This document shows, in pieces, positions 49,521 to 61,127 of a stretch of DNA of 64,000 nt. This stretch comes from Camelus dromedarius. Its lineage: Eukaryota. The translations under genes and the position numbers were made by a program. Where the stretch lies: the NCBI RefSeq assembly GCF_036321535.1, contig NC_087446.1, positions 28,768,001 to 28,832,000 on the forward strand. Direction: 5' to 3'. The notes below the pieces were generated by a model that was given only the letters and a program-made list of their open reading frames with translations, searched no databases and was not told the DNA's origin. Numbering within the stretch: position 1 is the first letter of the stretch; each line of letters opens with the position of its first letter.

Positions 49521-51012
49521 AAGTTTGACTCCCTTTCCATCCCAGATGAGCTATAACACTAGAATTTTTCAAATGTTCCATGGAGGGTGATCTAGGGGTC
49601 TAAGAGTCAGGGTTTCTTGCCATGGGAGGGGGTGGGCTGATTAATAACAGATGTAGGTGGGGACAATGGATATTCAAAGGGTCTTGGAAAATATATGTGG
49701 GATTGGAGTTTTATCATTTCAAATGTAATACATCATCACAATTAAAAATTTTAAACAATCCAACAAGCTTAGCATAAAGTGAAAGTACCCATTACCCCCT
49801 AAATCCACTTACAAAGATACCTACTGTTGATGATTTGTTGACTATCATTCCAGGTCTTTTTTTCAGTTTGTTAAGCTTTTTACTTATTCTCCTTGGATGC
49901 TGGACCCTGAAACCAGAAGTCCAGGGTTTTGGGTTTTTTGTTTTAATGCAAATTCAACACATTCTCAGATACCCTCTATCTCTCTCATACATATAATTTT
50001 TGATGAAATCATAATATACAAAGTTGATCTACCTAGTTTCATGGATTTAAATACCATCTGTACGTATATGGGCACACTTCAAGAAGAGATGGAAGGAAGG
50101 AAGGAATTGAGACACTCATCAGTAAGTAGCGATTATTACTAAACTGGTACTTTTTAAATCTCTTCCCTTTTTAAAAATTTTTTTTCCTCTTTGATATGAA
50201 AGAAATGTATGTTTCCCTTAAGAAACACAGAAAAGCACAAGAAATAGTCACCCATAACCCACCATATAGAGCCAACTACTGTATCTTTTGGAAGAAAGAG
50301 TCCACATTTACTAGACCCAGAACAGCTGTGGCCCACAATCTTGTGAAGCCAGAGTCCAGAAAGAAGTTTCCAGCACCATAAGATAAACTGGAGTAGGTAG
50401 GAAGTTACAGATCACATACCCAGGCCCCCCTGACAAACAGGATGAGGAGGAAACAAAAACGTGGTTCAGGGTATCTTTTTCAAGAAGACACTGTTCAAAC
50501 TAAGAAAGGCAGAGCTCCCAGGAGAAACAGACACCAGTTATGAGACAGGCAGAGCCTTTCCCGATGGCTCAGATAAGCTTCCAGCCTTGAGCTATGAACC
50601 CAATGCTGTGGACTGTCAGAAGGGGTCTAGAAAATAAAGATGCCACAGAAAGAAGCTTTATCATCAGATTCCTCCCACCCCAGCTTTTCCCCTCAGATTT
50701 CCAAGCTGAACAGACACCCTTGGGACATTTCAAACCTGAAGTATTTACTTAAGGGCCAACTTAGGCGTTGACTGTGGAGAGACAGAGTAGAGAGAGGAAG
50801 CTTTAGCAAGAACTTCAAAAACTGGTTCCATTTTAAGCTAGAAAGGAAGGAAAGTGTTTCAGATGGTAACAGGAACAACTTTTTCAGATAAAGGTGATGA
50901 AAATGCTGGGATTGTGGAGAACTTCTTGCCCAGCTAAACGTACTTCAGACTTCAGAAAGGATCAGAAAGGTGCACTAAGTACCCAGTTGGTGGTTCAGCA
51001 AAAAAGCTTAGG

Positions 51013-51353
51013 CAGGGATCAAACATTTTCTGCAAAGAGCCAGATAGTAAATATGTGAGGTGTTGCAGGCCATCCTGAAGTCTCTGAAGCAGCAACTCAG
51101 TCCTGCAGCTGTAGTGCAAAAACAGCCACAGACAATATGTAAATGAATGGTATGGCACTATGCCAATAAAGCTTCACTTTGGGACATTAGCATTTCAATT
51201 TCATAGAATGATCATGTGTCACAAAATATTCTTCTTTTGATCTTTTCCAATCATTAAAAAATATAAAAACGCTTCTTAGCTTTGTTAGCTGTACAAAAAC
51301 AGGTGGCAGGCGGGATCTGATACCGGAGCTGGCCCATAGTTTCCTGACCTTTG
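51013..51353 (+). mobile_element. MER58B hAT-Charlie MITE
   Basis: cagggatcaaacattttctgcaaagagccagatagtaaatat...cagccacagacaatatgtaaatgaatgg...gccaataaagcttcactt...ggcccatagtttcctgacctttg; degenerate 8-bp TSD agcttagg/atcttaag. Confidence 0.9.
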
Positions 51354-51649
51354 ATCTTAAGGAGAGTTTCTGTTCTAAGTTTATGTTCTAACAACATAGA
51401 TAAGAGCAAACTGGAGAATTAGGAGGCATTTTAAATGGAGAGGATTTCTGCTTAGGTGGGGGGAGTCCAGATAGTGGAAGAACCTTTGGTGGCCAGCAAA
51501 TCAGTGGGGATTGGGGTGCAGTTATGGGCAGAGGGGTACAGGAGCAAAGGAGGACTTCCCAAAGGGGCTGGTACCCTAGGTGTATCTCTGTGGAGTCAGC
51601 CTATAGCATCAGGGAAGAGAGGGCTGAGAAAACGCCTCCCTATCCAATT

Positions 51650-52460
51650 ATGCATGCTCTACTTTCCCAGTGAATCAGGCCAGTGAAAAGATTAGCGGCA
51701 GCAAAGTCAAATTTAATTCAAAAGACCCCTTTTTTGCATAAAGATGAGGCTCTACTTTGTACACAAACAAAAACTAACAGTTCTCAGATCACCTCCACTT
51801 TGGTAGACTGTCTTTGTTTACCTGTGTGCATCAGGCTCTTATGCAAATTCCAGCAGCCACTTCAAAATAAGCCTGAGCTTGGCCTTGATGGATTTATTTC
51901 TTGCTGCAGGCACAGACCATGTCTATTGAAGACAGAAAAATACCAACCCTTCCACAGCCGCTTGCCCAGGAGTCCCGGGCCTGCCTGGCAACGAGCCTCT
52001 TTGCTGCCTCTCCAGCTCAGGCCTGCCGTTACCTTGCCATTGAATAGTCTGGTGGAAGAGTTCAATGCAGGGTTTGCACTTTCCCAGCCATTAGCCAGCT
52101 GCCAACGCATTTCATTATCTTAGGAGTGTTTTGTACATCAAAGCGAGCCCCAAACAGTGTGATCGAGTGGAAATAACAGCGCCTGGTCAACATTATAACT
52201 TGCAGCATTTTTTTCATGGATATAATGCCATCTGGCACCCAGGAACAGCACAAGCCAATGATGGAAAAACCCTGCTGCCCTGTTTTGCTTGTAACAGTTA
52301 ATCCTGATAAAGGCCAAGGCCTCAGAGCAACTGCCCTGTTGCTATCTTGCATATCTATTGTCTCACACAGGCCAGGCGGCCCCAACCTGCAAAATCGGAG
52401 GCTGCACATGAGATTGCCTGGGGGGAAACATGCAGGAGAGCTGGGAAAGGGGCATTATTT
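51650..52460. promoter_or_regulatory. Candidate developmental enhancer
   Basis: About 800 bp without recognisable repeats; overlapping CTTTGT/TGTTTAC (SOX/FOX) 51812-51821, ATGCAAAT 51841, TGATGGAT (PBX-HOX) 51886 followed by TTTAT. Motif evidence only. Confidence 0.35.
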
Positions 52461-53959
52461 GTATTTTTGTTTGTTTAATTGTTTAGTAAACAGACACACA
52501 CACATACATACTTACACAATGAGGGGACAAGGATTTAGAGATTGCTCCTTCTCAAGCTACAAACTGGGAACACATCAAGTACCTGGCTATGCAAACCCAT
52601 AACTAGACTCTCTCATAAGAGCTCACAAGAGCTTCCACATCTACATTGCTTCCAATAATTTTGAAAAATCCCCCCCACCTTGAATTTTAGATCATAGACT
52701 ACCAACCCCTTCTCAAATTAGAGACTCTTAAACTGACTTCTGGTAACAAATTTCTCCCTGGGCCTTTCATGGCTCTCTTAAATTAAGGAAAAACAAAACA
52801 AAACAAAACAAAACACATTTTTGTTTTAAATGACAGCTAAGAGAAGTTCTGAATAAAACTCATCTGTAGTACACTCAAAATCCTGCTTTCTCGGAAGCTG
52901 ATTTTCAACTGACAAATTAGTAAAGAAAATACCACGAGTATCTCATTGTTTTTATTTTGGTATCAATCTTTGAAACATAGAAGAACAAGACACAAAATGG
53001 ACAATCTCCTTTGATGAAACGAGGACAAATGATTGGGTTTATTGTGTTTCTTTTTCCCAGAGTCTCAAATGCAATTGCCTCAGTGCACTGTGACTGTTTA
53101 TAAACTCTTCAATGATTTTTCCCCTCATTACACAAACCCCTCCCTCTTCCTGTCTTCCCCACAAACACCGCTTTCCCCCCTTCCATCTCTGCAGGAGGGA
53201 AAGCAAGTAGGACGTTTCCTTCTCTGGGTTAAGTTCATATGGAGGGATGATTTTGCAATTGCCACACAAGCTTTTCCAAAGCATGGACAATTTCTAGGGT
53301 AATCGTTGCCTATACACAATTTTAAGAATCTAGATGATCTTAAAAAGAAGGCGATGTCACCCAATAACCAATCTGTGGTTTGACATTTCCTTGGAAAATC
53401 CAACTTGATTTACCTTCTTCCACTGTGTTTCCCTTCACTATAATAAATTATAGTAGAATTATAACACACTTAAGGAATCAGGTTGCTATTTTAGGCTGGC
53501 ATGGAAACAGCTCAGAGAAATGAAGCAGCTAGCATTAAGAACAAAGTTCTCCAACCTTCAATATCCTCAATAAAAAGACTGTTTTTCTCACTTCTTTTCT
53601 TACCCTAAGAATCAGTGGGAAAGAAACAAAATAAGCCAGAAAGGAGGGTAATTGAAATCTTCGGCAAAATGAGAAAAAAAAAAAAGAATACAGTATACAG
53701 GTTTCCAAAATACGGTGGTCAGAGATCAAAATTTGAACTATTCATTTATAATATATGCCTTATACGTCACATTTATAAAATGCTGTGAATTTCTTGCTCT
53801 AGAAATAAACATTTACTGGAAGAAATTTTCAAAATCATCTTTTATAGGTGAAGAGACATTAAATCAACAGTTCAAATTTACTTAGTTAATGGCAGAGCTC
53901 AAACAGAATCCAGGACTTGTCATTACCATTGCACAGTTTTTGCCTGCACAAACTAACTC

Positions 53960-54185
53960 ATACATACATTTAACAAGCATTGGTTGACTGCCTACCCGTG
54001 TACCAGATAGTGGCAACTATTGAGAATACATTTTATAAGAGTAAATAAGAAGAGATTCCTGTTCTCAAGGAACTCTAATCTAATAGGGGAGACAAGAATA
54101 TAAACTAAGAACTGCAACAGAGTGGCAGGTGTTAAAATAGAGGGGGCAGTACAGTGGTGGCAAAAAGAAAAAACAGATCAGTTAT
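53960..54185 (-). mobile_element. L2 3' fragment
   Basis: catacatttaacaagcattggttgactgcctac...ttcctgttctcaaggaactctaatctaataggggagacaag. Confidence 0.75.
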
Positions 54186-55149
54186 ATCAGAAAATGTCCT
54201 CACCATTCTGGCTTTACACCGATGTTAAAATTGTGAACTGCTGTTGTGTTTAAGAGTCAAATAAACTTTTGTCCTCAAATTATCCTAGAAAGAGAATCAA
54301 TTACTTGTGGCATGTCTTAAATTCCACTTTAGGTAAAACTTAATCCATCTTGTGCTTCCTCTGATTATTCTGGATTTGTTGGTGCATAATTTTAAAGAAG
54401 TGGGGCTCTGTGGTTTTCCCATTCAGATTGTTCTAAAGTGACGTTCACTGCAGGATCTGGCCAACATGCTAAGCGGTTGAAATTTGGAAAAAAGCAGGCA
54501 AAAGGAGGCTAGTTCAGATGAGAAAATTACACATAATTTCTTTCCTCTCATTTTGTGAATATCTTAGTTGTTAGGGATTAAAAGAACTTTAAGCAAATCC
54601 CTGCTTCTGCAAGGGTTTGGGGATTTTCATTTCTTCTTTAATTTTTTTAATATAAGTCCAAGATTTAAATTTCTAAATTGGCAATTCCATCAAAATTTCC
54701 CCATAGAATGAGTTCCAATCTTAAGGGACTGTCCATTGATATCTTCCTGATAGTACTCTGAGAGTTTCAAATGTTCGTTATTCTATTTTTTTCCCCACAA
54801 CCACATAAGTGTTCTAAGTAGAAAGTTAGTGACTTTCTTGAGCTGGTACCCGAGTACCTGATTTTGTGCAAATGTAGTGAGTGGGGAGGGAAGTGATACT
54901 ATATTCTAGCGCCTACTTTGAGTCTGGCTGATAGGCAGATAGAGGAGACAAAGTCTCCGTCTACTTGAAACCCAGTGTAATCTTCCAGAATCTTAAATTC
55001 AGCACCTCAACCAAGCAAAATCAGCAGGAGAGAATACTATTCTTACACTATAGGATTGTCTTTATTATTTCTCTCTAAGTAAGTTTTCAAAAGAAAAACA
55101 AAACTCAGACTGCAGTTAGGGATAATAATTTCCTAAAGATCTCCCGTTC

Positions 55150-55252
55150 CCCATTCCTCTTCCTCTCTCCTCTCTGTTTCTGTTTCTCTGTCTCTCTCTC
55201 TCTCTCTCTCTCCCTCCTTTCTCTTTGTTTTAGTCTCTCTGTCTCTCTCTCT
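55150..55252 (+). repeat. Imperfect (CT)n polypyrimidine tract
   Basis: tctctgtctctctctctctctctctccctcc... read directly. Confidence 0.9.
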
Positions 55253-55934
55253 AGCCTATAACATAAAACCAGAGCAAAGATGGCCAAGGAAGGAAAATAA
55301 GAGGCACAGGAGGCCTATGGGGCATATTAAGAACATAACATAACCTACCATACCATTGGTTTGTTTCATTGGTTTATAAAATGTTTTCTGATATACACAA
55401 TAATCGTATCTGTCTTGAACACGGATTGTGAAGATTAAATATGCTAATGGCATGAAAAGGCTCTCCTAGTTCCTGACACAAAAAATGCTGTCAATCCATA
55501 TTAGACGGTATTATTATTACTCATGCTATTATTTTCATCACTGTTATAGTCATAGCTTGCATTACCATTATACTGAACAGTTCAGCAAGTACTAGCGAAC
55601 ATTCAGTTGGTTGTCATATCACTTAGTTTAAGAAAGACTGATTCTATTCCTAAGCCCTAAATTCCTACCAATACTTAACTACTTAGGGAACATGCATACT
55701 GAATTTCCTCTATAAACTGAAAAGTACAACTGTACCTGTGGGGTAATGTTACTTGAAGGTTAAATACAAAGAAGTCATGTATAAAATAATCCTGACTAAT
55801 TCTAAATTCCCTAGAAAAGCAGTCACAACCCAACTCTGGCCTCCTTCTCCAGTCTTCCCAAATGCCACCTCCCAGTCTGTCCATCTGAGGTTCCTGACAC
55901 AATGGGCAGGTAGCCACTCCCCAAGTACGCCCCC

Positions 55935-56265
55935 TGCTTTCACTCTCCCCTGCACACAGACTCTTCCCTTATGCCTAGACTCTCCTCTCCTGCCTCTCCT
56001 TCCAAATCCATCATGACACCTTCCTCTTCTTACCTGGCCAGAAAATATCCCTCTTCTCGGCTTCCAGAGTGCATTCTCCATCTGACATGCTCCCTCCTAT
56101 TAGCCATATCCCACTGCGTAAAAATCTTTCATTCACGGAAATTTGTCATTCACAGGTCTGTGAGCTCCTTCAGGAGTACAGCCTGTGTCTTACTGGAGAA
56201 TATCCCAGTGCCAACCAGAGGGCTCACACATAGGAACGACTCCTTCAGCAAACAGATTTCAAGCA
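55935..56265 (+). mobile_element. L2 3' fragment
   Basis: gtctgtgagctccttcaggagtacagcctgtgtctta...atcccagtgcc...cacacatagg. Confidence 0.65.
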
Positions 56266-56424
56266 ATGAAGACCAGGCCCAGGACACATTACTAAGCTCC
56301 TGCTTCAGAGCTGAGGATAGAGCCAGGCCAGGAAAAAAGGCTGTTCAGTTGGTTTCCTTAGACTTACATTATCAGCATTTAATTTAGATACCAAAACAAT
56401 CTTGCTGGTAAAAGTAATAATTTT

Positions 56425-56708
56425 AATAACAATAAAACCTAACAGCCATTTGTTGAGCATTTACTTGAGGCCACTGTTCTCATGTTTCATGAATATTAAC
56501 TCATTTAATTCTTAGAACAAGTCTATTAGTTATATTCTCCCATGATTCCCATTTTATAGATTAAAAAAAAAAAAAACAGAGGCACAGAGAGGTTAAGAGT
56601 CTTTGCCCATGGTCAGACAGCTAGGAAGAACTGGATGCAGAATGTGGGGGCAGATTTTGAACCCAGGAATATTCTGCAAAGCCAGAGATCTTAATCACTA
56701 CCACTACA
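56425..56708 (-). mobile_element. MIR SINE
   Basis: catttgttgagcattta...aactcatttaattctt...cagaggcacagagaggttaag...tttgcccatggtcagacagct...ttttgaacccagg. Confidence 0.88.
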
Positions 56709-57288
56709 CTATTTGTGGCTGGTCAAGGAGAATTTAATACTTGCAGTAGACAATAAATAGATTTATTCCAATAATCCAAAAGCTATTAATGAGGTTGATA
56801 ATGACAAGTTTACAATTTTTACTTTTCACTACCACTAACTGCAGATATACCAGCTTCTCACTGATTGAAAGTCATGATCAAATTCATGATGTCCATTGAA
56901 AGTACTTTACAGGGGTTCCCTAATCTGGCCCTGTCTTTCTAAGTCTGTGTTATCTCCCACTAGTGTCTTTCACACCTGCTTCACATTCACCAGCCTATCT
57001 ACCTCATTTTGCAGGCAGAGGTAGATTCCTTCAAAAACATTGCTTATACTGTATGCCTGGTCTCTCCTCCTCCCCGCAAAAGCTTTTTCTTCTCCATTTT
57101 GTGTAAGTATACTTTTAATAGTATAGTGATAATAGCATTCTTTTCGGTAGTTATTGCATGATATAACTTTTCTACCTTTTTACTTTGTCTCTTCTGTGTA
57201 TTTTAGGCATTTCTCTAATTAAAAAAAATATATATATATATATATAGTTGGTTCTTTTTTTCCTTAATCTTGTCTGACCAAATTACTC

Positions 57289-57914
57289 TTTTTTTAAATA
57301 TTTTTATTCAGTTATAGTCATTTTACAATGTTGTGTCAAACTCCAGTGTAGAGCACAATTTTTCCGTTATACGTGAACATATGTATATTCATTGTCAATG
57401 GTCAAATTGCCCAAGGGAATCTACAGATTTAATGCAATCCCTATCAAATTACCCAGGACATATTTCACAGAACTAGAACAAATCATAATAAAATTTATAT
57501 GGAACCACAAAAGACCTGGAATTGCCAAAGCATTACTGAAGAAAAAGAAAGAGGCTGGAGGAATAATTCTCNNNNNNNNNNNNNNNNNNNNNNNNNNNNN
57601 NNNNNNNNNNNNNNNNNNNNNNNNNNNNNNNNNNNNNNNNNNNNNNNNNNNNNNNNNNNNNNNNNNNNNNNNNNNNNNNNNNNNNNNNNNNNNNNNNNNN
57701 NNNNNNNNNNNNNNNNNNNNNNNNNNNNNNNTGGAATAAAGACGATCTCTTCAGCAAATGGTGTTGGGAAAACTGGACAACAGCATGTAAATCAATGAAG
57801 CTAGAACACTGCCTTACACAATACACGAAAATAAATTCAAAATGGATCAAAGACTTAAACATAAGATAAGATACAATAAACCTCCTAGAAGAAAATATAG
57901 GCAAAACATTATCT
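57289..57914 (-). mobile_element. Young camelid-type LINE-1 with 5' inversion
   Basis: 57289-57395 is the reverse complement of an L1 3' UTR and polyA. 57396-57914 is plus-strand ORF2 ([47 protein letters not shown], and later sequence matching NKWCWENWT). Confidence 0.88.
57572..57731. other. Assembly gap (160 N)
   Basis: Run of N. Confidence 1.
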
Positions 57915-59298
57915 CAAAACATTGGATTTTGCTATTTGCTTTTTATCTGTACTATTGTTCTGCATTCTTTTTCTTTTTTCTTTTGATTATTTTTTATAAT
58001 TCCATTTCCTCCTTCTATTAACTTGGTAGCTATATGTTATCTTACTGCGATTTGTTATCTTAGAGATTACAACATGCATAGATGACTTATTTTAGTCTAA
58101 GAAACACTAATGTATTTACTTCTCAGACAATGCAAAAATCTTAAAACCCTTTGATTGTTTTTATCTTCTCCTGATACATGTTATTTGTAATACATTTAGC
58201 CCCACAAGATACTACTATTATAGTCTCATAACAACATTAAATGTTTATCCTTTTTGAGGCTCTTAAATCTACCCTATATCTTTGAGTTTCCATTTGAAAT
58301 AATTTTCTTCTTTCAGAATAGAACACATTAGTATTTCCTCTTGTAGGGGTCTGTGGGTGCAAAATTTCCCTCAGTGTTTATAAAAACTCTTTTGCAGGAG
58401 TTTTCCCATCATTTTTAATATATATTTCCATTGTCAGAGGCTTCTTTTTTTTCCCCTGTAAGGAAGTCAACTATAAGTAGTATTGTCGCTACTTTGAGGG
58501 TAATTTCTTTTCTTTTCTCTTCTTATTTTTTTTTCCAGCAGGTTATATGATGCTTTCTTTGTCATTGTACCTTGGTGTGGTTTTCTTTGTATTTACCTGA
58601 CTTGCGTTCATAGATTTTTTTTAAGAAAAATATCATTCACTGTCTCTTTAAATAGTGTATCTTCTTTATCATCTTTCTCTTCTCCTTTTGGGAGCCTTAG
58701 CATATAGGTTAGAACTTTTGACTAGTTCCCCCAGTTTCTTACATTGTTTTCTCTGTGTGTGTATGTATGTTTTAATCTTTTCATCCTTTGTGCTTCATTC
58801 TGTACATTTTTTAAATATTTATATTCCAGTTCATTAATTCTCTCTTTTACGTGTCTAGCTTCATGTTAAACCTATCCATTGAATTCCTGATTTCAGGGGT
58901 TTTTTTTTTGTTTTAGAATTTCCATTTTGAATCTTTTTTATAATTTACTGTTATCTGTTGAAATTATCAATCTTGTGTTTTAATATCTCAGATATATTAA
59001 TTATGTTTACTTTAAAATCTTTTGTATAAAAACTCCAATTTTAATATTCCTGATGAGTTCCTTATACCATCTTTTGTTTCTTTTGACTTTCCATTACACT
59101 GTCTTGATTCTTTGTACATCTGGTTATTTTTGACTGAGTGTTGGATATTGTATATGAAAAATGGTAAGAGTTAATTTGAAACGAGGACATTACCTTTCTT
59201 CAAAGATTTTGTTTGCTTCTGACAGCTGGCTAGGGCCACTAGGGATCCTGAATTATGCTAATTCAATTATAAAATGATATAACACTCTCTTCTGGAGA

Positions 59299-59380
59299 TT
59301 TATTTCAGAATCACCCTTATTCATGGAATTCATTTATTTCAGAATCATCTTTATTTCAGAATCACCCTTATTCATGGAAT
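59299..59380 (+). repeat. 31-bp perfect direct repeat with an intervening 15-bp partial copy
   Basis: tttatttcagaatcacccttattcatggaat at 59299-59329 and 59350-59380; tttatttcagaatca at 59333-59347. Confidence 0.95.
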
Positions 59381-59759
59381 GTAGTCTTTTAGTTTGGAGT
59401 CCCAACCTAAACCTGTAATTTTACTAATGCTTCCCTCCTTGGAAGCATTGAACTCCTTTCCCTCGCCTAGACCTAATGGTCTTTAAAGGCTCAGCTTACC
59501 TTCTCAGCCTCCCAGTTAACTTCCAAAATTAGCAGATGCCTCTAGGGGAAAAGCAGTCCCAAGTGCAAAGCTCAGTTCTTTAGATTTCCTCTTTTCCTTT
59601 ACTTGTTAGCTCACTGGAGATTAAAATATATATATTTTTTTCCTTTAAAATTTTATAGTTTTCTTAGCTGGAGGGAAAGGATTTTTTGCTAATGTATTTG
59701 ATTTCACATACAAAAGTTACAAAGTCATATTCTTGACTGTTTTTCCCATCATTCATAGA

Positions 59760-60650
59760 AAGCCCTACTCTACTTCAGTTTACAGCTAAAGTCTATCTGG
59801 CACTGATTTTAGTGTGAGCTGTGAGATAGGATCTGGCTCTATATTTTCCCAAATAACTAACTGTTATCTAATTATATATTGAATAATTCACATACTCTCT
59901 TGGATTTTACACACATACACACACACATATTCAGTTAACACATTAATGTGCTAAGCCATTTTTACATTACTTTGGTCCTTTTCTGGATTTTCTGTTCTGT
60001 TTAACTGCTTTCTCTGTTTTTGTACCAGCACTCCATTGTTTTTAATTACTGTAGCTTTACATTATGTTTATATATCTGATGAGAAATGGTTTCCTTCTTC
60101 TACACAGAAGGTTTTTTAAGCCTGGTTTTTTTTTCTGGTGGGGGAGGGAAGTTTCCTGGCTAGTATAGCATAATTCATTTTATCAGATGCACTTTAAAAT
60201 CTTTTGTTTCAACTGCCAAGCCTCCCTCCTTAAACACACACCCAATAGAGAGTATTTTAAAGAGGACAGACATCTTTACAAAATTGAGTTTTCCTAGTTT
60301 TCCATCTTAAATCTCCCAAAGTTCAAGTTTTCATATAAATACTGCAGGTTTCTTAATAAATTTATATCAATATATTTTATACTTTTTATTAATGAAATAT
60401 TTTCTTCAATTATATTTTCTAATTGTTTACTCTTTGTGATAAGAAAACTATTGATATTTTCCATCATTGCTATTACTATTACAACAACAACCTTAATTAT
60501 TATTTCTAATTATTTTTGGTATATTTTATCAGTTGATCTATTTGGCTTTTGAAGATACAGAATTATATTGTTATCCAGGAGTGAGAATTAAGCTAACTTC
60601 TTTAGAATACTTACTTACTCTATTCTCTTAAGTAATGACACATTAGCTTG
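59760..60650 (-). mobile_element. L1ME ORF2 fragment (antisense)
   Basis: ttttagtgtgagctgtgagatagg...tttgtaccagcactccattgtttttaattactgtagcttt...gacatctttacaaaattgagttttcct. Confidence 0.75.
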
Positions 60651-60689
60651 GGTGGGAATTAACCGCAAATTTCAGTTTTAGGCTTGAGT

Positions 60690-61125
60690 CTTAATTCACC
60701 CAAACTAATCATTTATCATAGTACCAACCTCCTCACTAAAGTGATTGGTTCAAGGATGAGTAACATAGGCCCAAACTCAATGAGGCATGGCACACCACTG
60801 GTCGTAGTGATGTTTTTTAGGGTTCAGCATGTGGTTAAAGAGTTTCACCGTTTTCAGAAGAGGAGTTTCTCATTCTCTGGACTGTAAGGTATAAACACAT
60901 GGGAGGCCTGGGCTCTCTATGGCCAGTTTGTTCCTATGAGAGAAGGAGTCCAATACCCAAAGGAACACAGAGCTGAAAGAACTGAGAGAAATCAAGCAGC
61001 AAAACCGAAACAAACCACACCTGAAACAAAGCTCATCCTGAAACTTTATAAGAGCAAATATATCCTCCTCTTTTTTTGAAACCAGTGTACGTTATTTGCA
61101 ACCCAAATTATCCTAATAGCTATAC
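60690..61125 (+). mobile_element. Old MLT1 (J/K-like) MaLR LTR
   Basis: aagtgattggttcaaggatgag...ggcccaa...cagagctgaaagaactgagaga...accacacctgaaac...ttatttgcaacccaaattatcctaatagctatac. Confidence 0.7.
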
Positions 61126-61127
61126 CA

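Larger units (their letters stand above)
57100..59650 (-). mobile_element. Old L1M (ME/M5-type) antisense segment hosting a young L1
   Basis: T-rich antisense L1 signature: tatagttggttc...; gattttgctatttgc...ttagagattacaacatgcat...gtaccttggtgtggttttctttgtattta...cctatccattgaattcc. Confidence 0.7.

Noticed and set aside
51683-52602. Overlapping 82-146 aa ORFs.
   Set aside because: No recognisable domain or splice structure, and they overlap on both strands, as expected for chance ORFs.
57392-57904. ORFs with clear protein similarity ([19 protein letters not shown]...).
   Set aside because: These are LINE-1 ORF2 fragments spanning an N-gap, not a host gene.
58520-58547. Possible 3-nt plus-strand microexon (ttttttttccAG|CAG|gttata).
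   Set aside because: Weak donor, and it lies in the T-rich antisense strand of an old L1 where pyrimidine tracts are ubiquitous.
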